Assembly (NCBI GenBank): GCA_045656285.1
Contig: JAZOQY010000041.1
Location: 65,307-129,306, forward strand
From: Kiritimatiellia bacterium
GTDB taxonomy: Bacteria > Verrucomicrobiota > Kiritimatiellia > RFP12 > UBA1067
DNA length: 64,000 nt
Direction: 5' to 3'
The stretch's first letter is position 1; each line of letters starts with the position of its first letter. Below the pieces are notes generated by a model. That model was not told the origin of the DNA. It saw only the letters and a list, made by a program, of their open reading frames with translations, and searched no databases. A program made the translations under genes and the position numbers. Below are positions 1 to 10,064 of the stretch, one piece after another.

Positions 1-1160
1 TCGCTGAAGAGCCCGCGCACGCAGTACATCCTTGCGCCGTCGAGCATTCTGTAGCGCACTCTGTCGGCGTTTTCGACAGGCCTGAACAGACGCGACGAGG
101 CGTCGATCACATCTTCCAGGGCATTCAGCGCCTGAACCGTAGCGCTTGAGATTTCGCCGGCGAGACGGACGACCGCCGAGGCCGCAGAGGCGTCGCCTAT
201 CGCGCCGCGCTGAAGCTGGCGCTCGAGCGACGCCAGCGCCCCCGACGCGCCGGCGCGCTTGCCGCGGCCCTTGCGTATAAGCCGGTTGAAGATCCGCGTC
301 AGCGCCTCGATTGAAAATTCCCGGCTCAGATAATCCGTCGCTATCGATTCGAGATTGTGGGCCTCGTCAAGGACGAGCCTACCGTACGCCGGCAGGATCG
401 AGCCCGCGCCGCTCGTCGCTTCGGCGAGAACCAGCGCATGGTTCACGACGACGAGATGGGCTTTGGCCGCTGCCTTCCGCGCACGGAAAACGAAACAGCG
501 CGAATAGTAGGGGCAGCGTCTCGCGCTGCATTCTTCACCCGGGCACGAGATGAGCGAGCGCGGCAATCCGTCGTACGTATCCAGATCGCCGTCCTCGGTG
601 GATTTGAGCCACTCGATGAAGCGCGGCATCTCATCCTGCTCTTCCTTGGTCATCGTCCAGAAGCCGGGGGCGAAAAACTCCCCCAAAGCCCTGAGGCACA
701 GGTAATTTGAACGGCCTTTCAGGAGAGCGGTCCTGAACTTCGAGGCCTCGTCGCCCAAAACCGAAACCGCCCGCGGAATGTCGGAATTTACGAGCTGGCT
801 CTGCAGATTGCGCGTCGCCGTCGAAATTATCACGGGAGTGTCGTTCGTCCACGCCCAGAGAACGGAAGGAACGAGATACGCCAGCGACTTTCCGACGCCC
901 GTACCGGCCTCGATCATCAGATGCTCGCGCGCGTTGTACGCCTCGGCTACCGATTTGAGCATGTCGAGCTGGCCGGGGCGCTCCTCATATCCGCGCATCG
1001 AGCCCAGGGTCCCGCCGATCATGAGATGGGACGAGGCCTTCTCAGGATCGATGCGCGAGGAATCTTCGTGGGTCGGCAGATGACGGGACGGCCCGCCGTC
1101 CTTGAACTCGGGAAACAGATCAGCCCAGGAAGGATCGTCTATGAACGCGGCGGGGGTCAT
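1..1160 (-). CDS. dinG: ATP-dependent DNA helicase, DinG/XPD (Rad3) family. N-terminal ~386 codons; the C-terminus runs off the left edge.
   Basis: Not in the ORF track because it is open-ended. Hand translation from ATG 1160..1158 gives MTPAAFIDDPSW. It has Walker A 'EAGTGVGKSLAYLVP' (~915-870), an Fe-S cysteine cluster 'CPGEECSARRCPYYSRCF' and a DEAH box 'LVLDEAHNLE' (~375-345). The frame stayed open in the stretches I translated by hand (~1160-1080, ~947-872, ~359-303); the rest was not checked codon by codon. Confidence 0.8.
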   Translation of the reverse strand, partial: MTPAAFIDDPSWADLFPEFKDGGPSRHLPTHEDSSRIDPEKASSHLMIGGTLGSMRGYEERPGQLDMLKSVAEAYNAREHLMIEAGTGVGKSLAYLVPSVLWAWTNDTPVIISTATRNLQSQLVNSDIPRAVSVLGDEASKFRTALLKGRSNYLCLRALGEFFAPGFWTMTKEEQDEMPRFIEWLKSTEDGDLDTYDGLPRSLISCPGEECSARRCPYYSRCFVFRARKAAAKAHLVVVNHALVLAEATSGAGSILPAYGRLVLDEAHNLESIATDYLSREFSIEALTRIFNRLIRKGRGKRAGASGALASLERQLQRGAIGDASAASAVVRLAGEISSATVQALNALEDVIDASSRLFRPVENADRVRYRMLDGARMYCVRGLFS

Positions 1161-1163
1161 CTG

Positions 1164-1568
1164 TCAAGCCATGCGCAAACGCTCGGCGAGCGCCTTGAGC
1201 TCATCCATGTCGCCCTTCGTGCTTTCAAAGCATATCTCGCTCATCCCGAAGCGCGGGACGATGTGAAAATGGATGTGCTTGACGGTCTGGCCGGCGGCTT
1301 CGCCGTTGTTCTGAAGGATGTTGAACCCGTCGGCTCCCAGGGCAGACTTTATGCGGGAAGCGACTTTCTTGACGCGCTTGACAAGTTCGGCAAGCGTCTC
1401 GCACGGAGTGTCGAGAAGCCCTTCGGAATGGGCCTTGGGGATTACGAGAGTGTGCCCCTTCGAAAAAGGGTTTATGTCGAGATATGCCAGACACATCTCA
1501 TCTTCGTAAATCTTGAAGGAAGGAATCTCACCCTCTGCGATGGCGCAAAAAATACAGTTGTTTTTCAT
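1164..1568 (-). CDS. HIT (histidine triad) family nucleotide hydrolase/transferase
   Basis: 134 aa with the histidine-triad motif 'HIHFHIVPR'. Its stop lies 3 nt upstream of the dinG ATG, consistent with an operon. Confidence 0.85.
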   Translation of the reverse strand: MKNNCIFCAIAEGEIPSFKIYEDEMCLAYLDINPFSKGHTLVIPKAHSEGLLDTPCETLAELVKRVKKVASRIKSALGADGFNILQNNGEAAGQTVKHIHFHIVPRFGMSEICFESTKGDMDELKALAERLRMA

Positions 1569-1611
1569 GATCCTATTATACCAAAATTAAGAAGCCCGCA
1601 ATGATGCGCCT

Positions 1612-2538
1612 TCAATATTCCAGCAGACTGCCGCCGATGGTTTCGCGAAGGATGGAATCGCCCGGAACCTTCGTCGGATCGGCATCGTGAATACCTCTCA
1701 ACAGCATCGACAGCACCTCCGCCTTGGCCTCTTCGGGCATTTTCAGCTTGACCTTTTCAAGCAGGCCGGCGACATATCGCTTAAGCACCGAAAGCTCATA
1801 CTCGAGCCCGGAGTCAAAAACGGCATCCGCATTCGACGCGAACGGAAATATCCATTTCTTCTCGCCTTCTAGGACTTTGGGCCAGATATGGAAAGTGTCC
1901 AGGGGACTCATCTTGCGGAACTGGTTGTCGCGCACCAGACGGCGCAGAAGCCTGGCGTCGGCCGGAGGCAGACGCGACTGCGCGAAGACCACGAGCTGCG
2001 TCAGCGGTTCGATATAGATCCTGAACTTGCAGCCGTCGTCAATCTCCGCCGTAAGACGCGGATTGAGCGCATGGATGCCCTCGAGGATTATGACCGCGTT
2101 TTCCGGCAGTCTCGCAGGAACGGCTGAATCGTAGCCGTCATGAAGCCCGAAATCGAACTTGCGCATGAAGACTTCCTCTCCGCGCATGAGAGCGTTCATG
2201 TCGGCGGCCAGACGAGGCATGTCCACGCACTCGACATGCTCGTAATCGAGCTCGCCGTTTTCGTCGCGCGGATTGCGCTTGTCGCCGACAAAGTAATCGT
2301 CGGTCGACACGAGCATCGAATCGATTCCGTTGACCTTGAGCTGCGTTATGAGACGCTTCGCCGTCGTGGTCTTTCCGGAGGACGAAGGCCCCGCCAGAAG
2401 GACAAGCCTCACGCCTCCGCGCTCCGCGATCTGATCGGCTATGCGCGAAAGCGACTTGACCTGCTTCGCTTCGCAAACAAGAATGAAATCCCCGATTTCA
2501 CCCGAATCTGTTATCGCGTTCAATTCGTCGATAGTCAT
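1612..2538 (-). CDS. P-loop nucleoside kinase (uridine kinase/phosphoribulokinase family)
   Basis: P-loop 'GPSSSGKTTTAKRL' and 'VIILEGIHALN'. I moved the start to ATG 2538 (SD AAGGAGAG about 8 nt upstream) instead of the track's TTG at 2556. Confidence 0.65.
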   Translation of the reverse strand: MTIDELNAITDSGEIGDFILVCEAKQVKSLSRIADQIAERGGVRLVLLAGPSSSGKTTTAKRLITQLKVNGIDSMLVSTDDYFVGDKRNPRDENGELDYEHVECVDMPRLAADMNALMRGEEVFMRKFDFGLHDGYDSAVPARLPENAVIILEGIHALNPRLTAEIDDGCKFRIYIEPLTQLVVFAQSRLPPADARLLRRLVRDNQFRKMSPLDTFHIWPKVLEGEKKWIFPFASNADAVFDSGLEYELSVLKRYVAGLLEKVKLKMPEEAKAEVLSMLLRGIHDADPTKVPGDSILRETIGGSLLEY

Positions 2539-2552
2539 GAAACACTCTCCTT

Positions 2553-2951
2553 TCAATCGAACTTCTGCCGTCTGAGGGCCTTCTTCTCGGAATGTGCGTG
2601 CTTGTCGTCCAGCATGCGCTGTTTCTGACGGCGGCTCCGGCGACGCTTCTGGCGGCGGACCTTCTCGCGCCTTTGCCGCTCGGCGGACTTGACGCCCTTT
2701 TCCCTTTCAAGAACCGCTTCCGCCAGCTGTCTCCGCGCGAGCCAGCGGTTGGTCTCGCGGCTGCGCGTCTCGCCGCATTTTACTGAGAGCCCGCTCGGCT
2801 CGTGAAAAAGCCTTACGACACTTGAGGTTTTGTTTGTCTTCTGGCCGCCTGGACCTCCGCCTAAGATAAAACTCTCGTCCAAATCGTCCTCGTAAACCGA
2901 GGCATCGACCATCTGCGCCCTGATTCGTTCAATGGTCTCGGGAGATATCAT
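2553..2951 (-). CDS. RF-1 domain peptidyl-tRNA hydrolase, ArfB-like ribosome rescue factor
   Basis: GGQ motif 'GGPGGQKTNKTSS' followed by a Lys/Arg-rich C-terminal tail. Start taken at ATG 2951 (M26 of the track ORF), 1 nt after the upstream stop. Confidence 0.65.
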   Translation of the reverse strand: MISPETIERIRAQMVDASVYEDDLDESFILGGGPGGQKTNKTSSVVRLFHEPSGLSVKCGETRSRETNRWLARRQLAEAVLEREKGVKSAERQRREKVRRQKRRRSRRQKQRMLDDKHAHSEKKALRRQKFD

Positions 2952-2952
2952 C

Positions 2953-3471
2953 TCAGCAGCCCGTCTCGGCGCACAGATTCTTCTCTTTGGCGCGGCGATA
3001 ACGCAGCACCATGGACCTGACCGCAAGGTAGGTCACCGGCACGCAAACGGCAGCCAGAAGAAAACCGCCCAGGAAGAACGAAACGACAAGTTCGCCGCCG
3101 AGCGATATAAGAGTGGAATAGTCGCCGGCCTCGATGACCTTCGTCATCGCATCGCAAATCGCATCGTATGTGATATTGCCGCAGATAAGGCGATTCGCCG
3201 CATAGCACTGGACCGGATAGATGATCCAGATGGTGATCGGATTAGTGATGAGCGTACCCAGCGACGCGCCGATCTTGGACGCCTTGAAAAACATCGCCGT
3301 AGGTATAGACAGGATCAGCTGAAAGCCGAAAGGAATCACGCAACCGTAAAACATTCCGATCGCCCAGCCGCCGGCGACCCTGTTCGCGGGCATTTCCTCG
3401 CGCACCATCTTCGATCTAAGAAGACGCCAATACGCCTTGATGCGCGAGGAAAAGCCTTTAATCTTCGCCAT
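2953..3471 (-). CDS. DUF2062-family membrane protein
   Basis: Family-like core 'VAGGWAIGMFYGCVIPFGFQLILSIPTAMFF'. Start at ATG 3471 (M17) forms a TAATG overlap with the upstream stop. Confidence 0.55.
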   Translation of the reverse strand: MAKIKGFSSRIKAYWRLLRSKMVREEMPANRVAGGWAIGMFYGCVIPFGFQLILSIPTAMFFKASKIGASLGTLITNPITIWIIYPVQCYAANRLICGNITYDAICDAMTKVIEAGDYSTLISLGGELVVSFFLGGFLLAAVCVPVTYLAVRSMVLRYRRAKEKNLCAETGC

Positions 3472-4664
3472 TAGACTCTGTGGACAAAAAGTCCTGAGCG
3501 GAGTTTGGGCTCGAACCATGTCGATTTAGGCGGCATGATCGCTCCCGCATCGGCAATCGACATCATCTCTTCGACCGTAACCGGCTCCATCGCGAAAGCG
3601 ACAGCGTTCTCTCCGGAATCGACCTTGGAGGCAAGTTCCTTGTCGCCGCGGATTCCGCCCATGAAGGAGATGCGCTGATCGGTGCGAGGATCGCCGATGC
3701 CGAGCACGGGCGCGAGAAGCTTGTCCTGAAGATAGCTTACGTCGAGCGAGCCGACGACATCCGTGCCCTCGGGGATGCTCCACGAGAGATCGATCCACTT
3801 GCCGTTGAAGTACATGCGGCAGTTGCGATCGCCCTTCTCGCCGATCGTGAAATTCTCGCTTACGCGCGACATGAATTCGTACTCGGAAAGGCCGTTGAGA
3901 TCCTTGACGAGACGGTTGTAGGCAAGAATCTTGAGCTGGCTGGCGGGGAAGATCACAGCCATGAACCAGCGGGACTCGCCTTCAAAGTCGTGATCCTTGG
4001 CATAACGCGAAGCCGCCGCGCTGCGATGATGACCGTCGGCGATGTACGCGACGGGAACGCGAGCGAAGAGCTCCTGGAGCTCATCGGCGGTGCAGCTCGA
4101 CCCGGCGGCGATTTCCCATACGGTATGGCCGATGCCGTCTTCGGCGACGAAATCATAAAGAGGCTCCGCCCTGCATGCGGCGGCGACGATCTCGTCAATC
4201 GCCTTGTCGTCGCGATACGTAAGGAACGCAGGACCGGTCTGCGCGGCGAGCGTCTCGATGTGACGCGTGCGGTCATCCTCCTTGTCGCGGCGAGTCTTCT
4301 CATGCTGCTTCAGGATGCCGGCGAGATAATCCTTGGTGTCAAAGGTCGCAACGATGCCCGTCTGGGAGTGGGAGCCCATCGTCTGACGGTAGGCGTAGAA
4401 CTTGCGCTCGCCCTCCTCGACAAGAGTCCCGTCGGCGACGAGCGCGTCAAGCGCCTTGCGGGCCTGACGGTACGCCTCGTCGGAAGAGCAGGACGTCCCT
4501 TCGGGAAGATCTATCTCAGGACGCGAAACATGGAGAAAGCTCTTCGGATTTCCCGCGGCGAGGACCTTGGCCTCGGCGGTATCGACGACATCATAGGGAA
4601 CGGCCGCGACCTTGATCGCGTCCGCTTTGTTTGGCCTCAAGGCCGAAAAAGGACGGATTTGCAT
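3471..4664 (-). CDS. DUF1015 family protein
   Basis: 397 aa. N-terminus 'MQIRPFSALRPN...VPYDVV' and 'ADGHHRSAAA' are typical of DUF1015. Confidence 0.7.
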   Translation of the reverse strand: MQIRPFSALRPNKADAIKVAAVPYDVVDTAEAKVLAAGNPKSFLHVSRPEIDLPEGTSCSSDEAYRQARKALDALVADGTLVEEGERKFYAYRQTMGSHSQTGIVATFDTKDYLAGILKQHEKTRRDKEDDRTRHIETLAAQTGPAFLTYRDDKAIDEIVAAACRAEPLYDFVAEDGIGHTVWEIAAGSSCTADELQELFARVPVAYIADGHHRSAAASRYAKDHDFEGESRWFMAVIFPASQLKILAYNRLVKDLNGLSEYEFMSRVSENFTIGEKGDRNCRMYFNGKWIDLSWSIPEGTDVVGSLDVSYLQDKLLAPVLGIGDPRTDQRISFMGGIRGDKELASKVDSGENAVAFAMEPVTVEEMMSIADAGAIMPPKSTWFEPKLRSGLFVHRV

Positions 4665-4668
4665 TTAA

Positions 4669-5250
4669 TTAGAATCCTATGTTGACAAGAGGGCAGAAAC
4701 GCATTTCAGCGTCGCGGATCACGTTGACGACACCAAGCTGAAAACCATAAAGCTCCTCGGCGCGGTTGATGACGCCGATCTGGACGCCGCCCATGGCGCC
4801 GACGGAATTTACGAGACCGGCCTGAATGCCGTTCATCGTGCCGCACTCGTTCCAGAGACCTACCTGGAGTCCGAGGGCATCGGCCTGGGCTGCAGAGTTG
4901 TAAAAACCGATCTGCGCGCCGGTAAGCTCATCCTTCACATCGTTTCTGAAAATGTTGAGGGCGACACCTTCGAAATACATGGTACGCGCCCAGAGGCCGA
5001 AGTCGAATCCGGTGACGCTCTCTTGCTTGGTCGACCATGGAATCGTAATGCGAAGACCGATCAAATCGGGAGTGGCCGGCACTTCACCCATGGCGAAAAA
5101 CGCAGGCCATACGGCAACCTGCTTGCGGGGAGCTTCAACTTGGACGGTGAGAGGATTTTCATCGACAATGTCGGCGGCATCGGTGGCCGGATCAGCGTAA
5201 GACTGAATCGAAAGAGCCGCTGCGGCAGTCAAAAAGAGAAGTTTCTTCAT
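4669..5250 (-). CDS. Secreted repeat protein (GxQxGxxN repeats, LA_2272-like)
   Basis: Signal peptide 'MKKLLFLTAAAALSIQSYA'. The C-terminal half carries repeats GLQVGLWN / GIQAGLVN / GVQIGVIN / GFQLGVVN. Confidence 0.6.
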   Translation of the reverse strand: MKKLLFLTAAAALSIQSYADPATDAADIVDENPLTVQVEAPRKQVAVWPAFFAMGEVPATPDLIGLRITIPWSTKQESVTGFDFGLWARTMYFEGVALNIFRNDVKDELTGAQIGFYNSAAQADALGLQVGLWNECGTMNGIQAGLVNSVGAMGGVQIGVINRAEELYGFQLGVVNVIRDAEMRFCPLVNIGF

Positions 5251-5283
5251 GATTTGTATACTCCAGATTATTTATATGCTGTA

Positions 5284-5289
5284 ATTATA
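5284..5289 (-). promoter_or_regulatory. -10 hexamer TATAAT upstream of the 4669..5250 gene (SD-led, ~27-nt leader)
   Basis: Plus strand 'attata' in the AT-rich 64-bp gap. SD GGAG is seen in 'TGGAGTATACAAATCATG'. Confidence 0.4.
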
Positions 5290-5314
5290 TGATTTTATTT
5301 CTTCTTTGGCAAGC

Positions 5315-5809
5315 CTAACCTATCGTAATTTTCTTGATCACGATCGCCTCTTCAGGCACGTTCTGATGAGGCCCGGAGAATCCCGTCTTCACTTTTGCGA
5401 TCGAATCGACGACGCTCATGCCGTCGACAACCCTGCCGAAGACGGCGTAGCCGAACCCCTGAGGAGTGGGCGAAGAGAAGTCGAGGAACGAATTGTCGAC
5501 GAGATTGATGAAGAACTGGCTCGTCGCAGAATCGACAATCATCGTGCGGGCCATGGCGATCGTGCCGCGCTCGTTCTTAAGGCCGTTCATCGCCTCGTTG
5601 CGGATGGGCTCGCGCGTCGGCTTCTGGTTCATCGCCTTGGTGAATCCGCCGCCCTGAATCATAAAACCGTCGATGACGCGATGGAAGATCGTGCCGTCGT
5701 AATGACCGTCTTCCGCGTACTTTACGAAATTGCGCACCGTCTCCGGCGCTTTCTCCTCGTTGAGCTCGAGCGTTATCGTGCCCATGCTCGTGTCGATTGT
5801 AGCTTTCAT
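5315..5809 (-). CDS. ppiB: Peptidyl-prolyl cis-trans isomerase, cyclophilin type
   Basis: '[15 protein letters not shown]' and overall cyclophilin similarity, with no signal peptide. ATGA overlap with the gatA stop. Confidence 0.9.
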   Translation of the reverse strand: MKATIDTSMGTITLELNEEKAPETVRNFVKYAEDGHYDGTIFHRVIDGFMIQGGGFTKAMNQKPTREPIRNEAMNGLKNERGTIAMARTMIVDSATSQFFINLVDNSFLDFSSPTPQGFGYAVFGRVVDGMSVVDSIAKVKTGFSGPHQNVPEEAIVIKKITIG

Positions 5810-7215
5810 GAATTGATCTCCTCAAATGATTTGCAGACGCTCAAAAGACGCGACTCCTCGAACCCGCCGCAAATGAACTGGACGCCGACGGGAAGATTGC
5901 CGTCTGACGTAAAGCCTGCCGGTACGCTCGCCGCGCAGACACCCGCCAGCGCGCTCGGAATCGTGTAAAGATCGTTAAGATACATCGTAAGCGGATCCTG
6001 AAGTTCGCCGAGCTTGAAAGCCGGCGTCGGCGCGCACGGGGTGAGAAGAACGTCGACCTCGCGGAACACCTCGTCGAAATCGCGCTTGATGAGAGTTCTA
6101 ACCTTCTGGGCGCGACCGTAGTAGGCATCGTAATAGCCGCTCGAAAGAACATACGTGCCCATGATGATGCGGCGTTTGACCTCGGGGCCGAAACCTTCGG
6201 CGCGCGACTTCGTGTAGAGCGAATAGACATCTACGGACCTGTCGCTCCTCAAACCGTATCTCACGCCGTCGAAACGCGCAAGGTTCGCGCTCGCCTCGGC
6301 GGGCGCGATGATGTAGTAGACCGCCATGGCGTATTCGGTGTGGGGAAGGCTAACTTCACGGATCTCGGCGCCCGCCGCCGCGCACTTCGCGACGGCCTCG
6401 TCGGTGATGCGCTTGACTTCGGGATCGAGACCCGAAACGTTGAAGTATTCCTTCGGAAGACCGATCCTGACGCCCTTCATGCTCGCGCCTTCGATCACCT
6501 TTTCGTAATCGGGCACGGGCTCGTCAGGCGTCGTTCCGTCCATCTTGTCGTGCCCTGCGAGCGCCTTCAGAAGAATGGCGGAATCCTTTACGCACTTCGT
6601 CATCGGCCCGACCTGATCGAGGGAGCTGGCGAACGCCGTAACGCCGTAGCGGCTCACACGGCCGTAGCTCGGCTTTATGCCCACGCAGTTGCAGAAGCTC
6701 GCCGGCTGGCGGATCGACCCGCCGGTATCGGTGCCGAGCGCTGCGATGCACATGTCCCCGCCGACCGCCGCCGCGCTGCCGCCGGAGGAGCCGCCGGGAA
6801 CACGGGTCAGATCGTAGGGATTTCGGGTAACGGCAAGCGCCGAATTCTCGGTCGACGAGCCCATCGCGAACTCATCCATGTTGACGCGTCCGCACGGAAT
6901 AAAACCGTTGGCCTTCATGTTCGCGATGACGGTAGCGTCGTAAGGCGAGACATAGCCCTTCAGAATCTTCGAGCCGCACGTGCAAGGCTGCCCGCGGACA
7001 TTGATCAGATCCTTTACCGCTATCGGAACGGCTTTGGGGTTCGCGCGGGCGAGCTCCAGCGCAGAGTCTTCGTCAAACGAGACGTACGCTCCGATCTCGC
7101 CGTTCTTCTCGCGGCAGCGCTCTATGATGGCCTTGACGATGTCTTCGCTCGAAAAGTCGCCCCTGGCCAAACCCTCGCGCGCCTCTGCGATACCCAACTT
7201 ATGCAATTCGCTCAT
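5806..7215 (-). CDS. gatA: Asp-tRNA(Asn)/Glu-tRNA(Gln) amidotransferase subunit A
   Basis: 469 aa with the amidase signature '[11 protein letters not shown]...[12 protein letters not shown]'. Confidence 0.95.
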   Translation of the reverse strand: MSELHKLGIAEAREGLARGDFSSEDIVKAIIERCREKNGEIGAYVSFDEDSALELARANPKAVPIAVKDLINVRGQPCTCGSKILKGYVSPYDATVIANMKANGFIPCGRVNMDEFAMGSSTENSALAVTRNPYDLTRVPGGSSGGSAAAVGGDMCIAALGTDTGGSIRQPASFCNCVGIKPSYGRVSRYGVTAFASSLDQVGPMTKCVKDSAILLKALAGHDKMDGTTPDEPVPDYEKVIEGASMKGVRIGLPKEYFNVSGLDPEVKRITDEAVAKCAAAGAEIREVSLPHTEYAMAVYYIIAPAEASANLARFDGVRYGLRSDRSVDVYSLYTKSRAEGFGPEVKRRIIMGTYVLSSGYYDAYYGRAQKVRTLIKRDFDEVFREVDVLLTPCAPTPAFKLGELQDPLTMYLNDLYTIPSALAGVCAASVPAGFTSDGNLPVGVQFICGGFEESRLLSVCKSFEEINS

Positions 7216-7226
7216 TTTGACACTCC

Positions 7227-7517
7227 TCAGCTTTCGGCGCCTTCTACGATTTTCGGAAGAAGAAATTCATCGCCGACGCGCTTGGGCGCGTTCGCAAGAG
7301 CCTCTTCGCGCGGCAGAGACGGACGCACCTCGTCTTCGCGGAACGCGTTCACTATGGCGCGGCCGTGCATCATGGGCTCGACGCCCTCCACGTCGACAGC
7401 GGATATCTTCTCGACATAACCGACGATGCCCTCGAGCTGCGGCTGGAAAAGAGCCTTCTCTTCGTCGCTCAGCTCGAGCCTCGCCAATTCCGAAACATAA
7501 CCAACATCAATCTTCAC
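7227..7517 (-). CDS. gatC: Asp-tRNA(Asn)/Glu-tRNA(Gln) amidotransferase subunit C
   Basis: 96 aa from GTG 7517 ('VKIDVGYVSELARLELSDEEK...'), with GAAAGGAA upstream. The track's longer ORF would overlap the upstream gene. Confidence 0.85.
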   Translation of the reverse strand: MKIDVGYVSELARLELSDEEKALFQPQLEGIVGYVEKISAVDVEGVEPMMHGRAIVNAFREDEVRPSLPREEALANAPKRVGDEFLLPKIVEGAES

Positions 7518-7533
7518 GCGACAGTTCCTTTCA

Positions 7534-8691
7534 TCAACGGCTCCAAGTGGGAGTAATGCATTTGCCGGGAATGGTGAAAAGCCTGATCGGCTTCTCGCCG
7601 TTCTCGTCGGTATCGATAAGATAGAGCACACCATCGCGCTCGGCGACAAGATGACGGGCGTCAGGGGCCCATGACGGATGCTCCCACCGGCCGGGCTCCG
7701 TCACAAGACGGGCTTCCTTGTCGCCCTGCGCAGGGCTGATCACGGAAATGAAGGAATCTCCGCCGCGCTTCGTCGTATAGGCGATACGGCCGTCAACGCC
7801 CCAGTCGGGGTCAACGTTCTGGCTGCCGGTCGAAGTGATGCGGCGCTTCGTCTTTGTGGCGGGATCGATTATGAAAAGATGGATGCGGCGCATCTCGTCG
7901 GAGACATAAACGATTTCCCTGCCGCCGGGACCCCATGCAGGCTGCCCTTCGCTTACATCGTGCGTAGACGTAAGACGCTTCCATGTTCCGGCTGCGATGT
8001 TTATGGTGCAGAGCTCGGGATTGCCGAACGGCTTCGAAAGTATGACCGCCGCGGTTGAACCATTGGGGGAAACGGCCGCACCGGTGGTAAGGCCGCCAAA
8101 GCCCCACTTCATCCTGCGGACGCAGCTGTCGGTATTGATCTCGAAAATCTGCGGAGCTCCGTTTACATAGCCCGTATAGAGAACCGTGTTGGCGCCCATC
8201 CATCTCGGCCCGACGCAAGCCGTGCCGTCGCGCGTAATCTGACGGATGTCCCCGCCGTCGGGATAGCCCACGCAGAGTTCCTCGGAACGACCCTTTTTGT
8301 TTATGAACGCTATCTGAGACGAGGCGAAGCCCTTCTTCCCGGCGTAAGTCTCGCACATCTTGTCGGAAAGGCGGCGAGCAAGCATGCGCGCGGATTTCTC
8401 ATCGGAGGCGCCGGCGGGCAGCGAAAGACGCTTGCCGCGCCCTTCGGCCACCACCGTCGCATCGCTCGAGCCGGAGATCAGGATGGAGCCGCCCTTGTTG
8501 ACGCGGCGAAAGATTCCGGATATGTCGAGATTTCTCTCGAGCGAACGCTTGAAGGCCGGAGAGCCGGAGACATCGACGGTAACAAGAATCTTTTCGGCTC
8601 CTACGCCCTTAATGTCAACAACCGCATGGGACGCCGCGAACGAAACCGATGCGACAAAAGAGAAAACTGCAATGACTAGTAACTTTTTCAT
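7534..8691 (-). CDS. TolB-like periplasmic beta-propeller (PD40 repeat) protein
   Basis: Signal peptide 'MKKLLVIAVFSFVASVSFAA' followed by repeated PD40/WD40-like units ('PAWGPGGREIVYVSD', 'PSWAPDARHLV'). Confidence 0.7.
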   Translation of the reverse strand: MKKLLVIAVFSFVASVSFAASHAVVDIKGVGAEKILVTVDVSGSPAFKRSLERNLDISGIFRRVNKGGSILISGSSDATVVAEGRGKRLSLPAGASDEKSARMLARRLSDKMCETYAGKKGFASSQIAFINKKGRSEELCVGYPDGGDIRQITRDGTACVGPRWMGANTVLYTGYVNGAPQIFEINTDSCVRRMKWGFGGLTTGAAVSPNGSTAAVILSKPFGNPELCTINIAAGTWKRLTSTHDVSEGQPAWGPGGREIVYVSDEMRRIHLFIIDPATKTKRRITSTGSQNVDPDWGVDGRIAYTTKRGGDSFISVISPAQGDKEARLVTEPGRWEHPSWAPDARHLVAERDGVLYLIDTDENGEKPIRLFTIPGKCITPTWSR

Positions 8692-8702
8692 TTTAATCTG
8701 TT

Positions 8703-9923
8703 TTATGTTGTGTAATCTGCGTTGATATGAACATAATCAAGCGAAAAATCGCAAGTGTATATCGTGCTTTCGCCCTTGCCGAGATGAAGATCGACAACGA
8801 CGGCGAACTCGTCCTTCGCCATGACCTTCGCAAGACGCTCAAGCTGCTTCTCGTCGGCCACTTCGCCGCGACGGAAAGCCCATTCGCCGTCATAAAAGAC
8901 TTCTGTTTTTGTGTCTACCACCTCTGCGCCGGAATAACCGACAGCGGCGAGAACACGCCCCCAGTTGGGATCGCGCCCGAACCAGCTCGTCTTGGCGAGA
9001 GGAGACTTCGCTACAGCGCGGGCCGCACGGGCCGCGTCAGCCTCGCTCTTGGCGCCCTTTACGGTTACGGTGACGAATTTTGTCGCGCCCTCGCCGTCCT
9101 TGGCCATCTGGCGGGCCAGCGAAATGCAAACAGCTTCAAGTGCCGCACGGAAAAGATCGAACGCCTCGCCGCCGCGCGTAATCGCGGCATTGCCCGCCTT
9201 CCCGGAAGCCATGAGAAAAACGGAATCGTTGGTCGATTCATCCCCGTCGACAACGAGCCTGTTGAAGCTCTTGCTGATGGCCAGAAGCAATGCGCGCTTA
9301 AGCATTGCGGGTGCGATGGCGGCATCGGTCGTTATAAACCCGAGCATCGTCGCCATGTTGGGCTCAATCATTCCGGAGCCCTTGGACATGCCGCCGACAG
9401 TGACGGTCTTGCCGTCGATAACGACCTTTGCACAGGCCTCTTTGGGACGGGTGTCTGTGGTCATTACGGCCTTTTCGGCGTCAAGCCCGTGCCTGGAGGT
9501 GCGCCCCAGCGCCTTAGCCGCCGCTTTCGCTCCGGCCAGGAGCCTGTCCATCGGCAAACGGCGCCCGATAACGCCTGTAGAAGCCACAAGAACAAGTTTA
9601 GGATCTATCCCGAGCTCGCCCGCCGTAACGAGAGCAGAAAGTTCCGCATCCTTAAGCCCCGCCGTCCCTGTACAGGCGTTTGCACAGCCGGAATTAGCCA
9701 AAATGGCCTGAATACGGCCGCTTTTGACTATCTCGCGGTCGTAGACGACAGGAGCTGCGGCCACCTTATTGGTCGTAAAAACCGCAGCGGCCGCACAAGG
9801 CTCGTCGGCAACAATTAAAGCCACATCGTTGCGCCCCTTATATTTGATCTCGGCGGCGACGCCTGCAGCTCTGAAGCCTTTGGCGGAGCAGACTCCACCC
9901 TTAATGCTCTTAATTTTTTGCAT
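8703..9923 (-). CDS. argJ: Bifunctional glutamate N-acetyltransferase/amino-acid acetyltransferase
   Basis: 406 aa. 'GGVCSAKGFRAAGVAAEIK' and the autocleavage region 'NMATMLGFITTDA'. Confidence 0.9.
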   Translation of the reverse strand: MQKIKSIKGGVCSAKGFRAAGVAAEIKYKGRNDVALIVADEPCAAAAVFTTNKVAAAPVVYDREIVKSGRIQAILANSGCANACTGTAGLKDAELSALVTAGELGIDPKLVLVASTGVIGRRLPMDRLLAGAKAAAKALGRTSRHGLDAEKAVMTTDTRPKEACAKVVIDGKTVTVGGMSKGSGMIEPNMATMLGFITTDAAIAPAMLKRALLLAISKSFNRLVVDGDESTNDSVFLMASGKAGNAAITRGGEAFDLFRAALEAVCISLARQMAKDGEGATKFVTVTVKGAKSEADAARAARAVAKSPLAKTSWFGRDPNWGRVLAAVGYSGAEVVDTKTEVFYDGEWAFRRGEVADEKQLERLAKVMAKDEFAVVVDLHLGKGESTIYTCDFSLDYVHINADYTT

Positions 9924-9930
9924 ATCGGAT

Positions 9931-9939
9931 ATTATACCA
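9931..9939 (-). promoter_or_regulatory. Extended -10 TGGTATAAT, 7 nt from the argJ ATG (predicted leaderless)
   Basis: Minus strand reads AAATTTGGTATAATATCCGATATG, with no SD. Confidence 0.55.
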
Positions 9940-10064
9940 AATTTTGGCCAGAGTGACGAGTTGGAATGTTAAGCGCGGAAACTTCTCTGAGCGCGAGGGA
10001 CGTCACAGCGCCCGGCGAACCGAGATCGAGAAGAAGCCCCGAACCACACTCCGAAGCGCAAGCT

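Noticed and set aside
921-1604. 227-aa plus-strand ORF across the dinG 5' end and the HIT gene
   Set aside because: It is antisense to two genes with clear motifs (HIT triad and the DinG Walker A).
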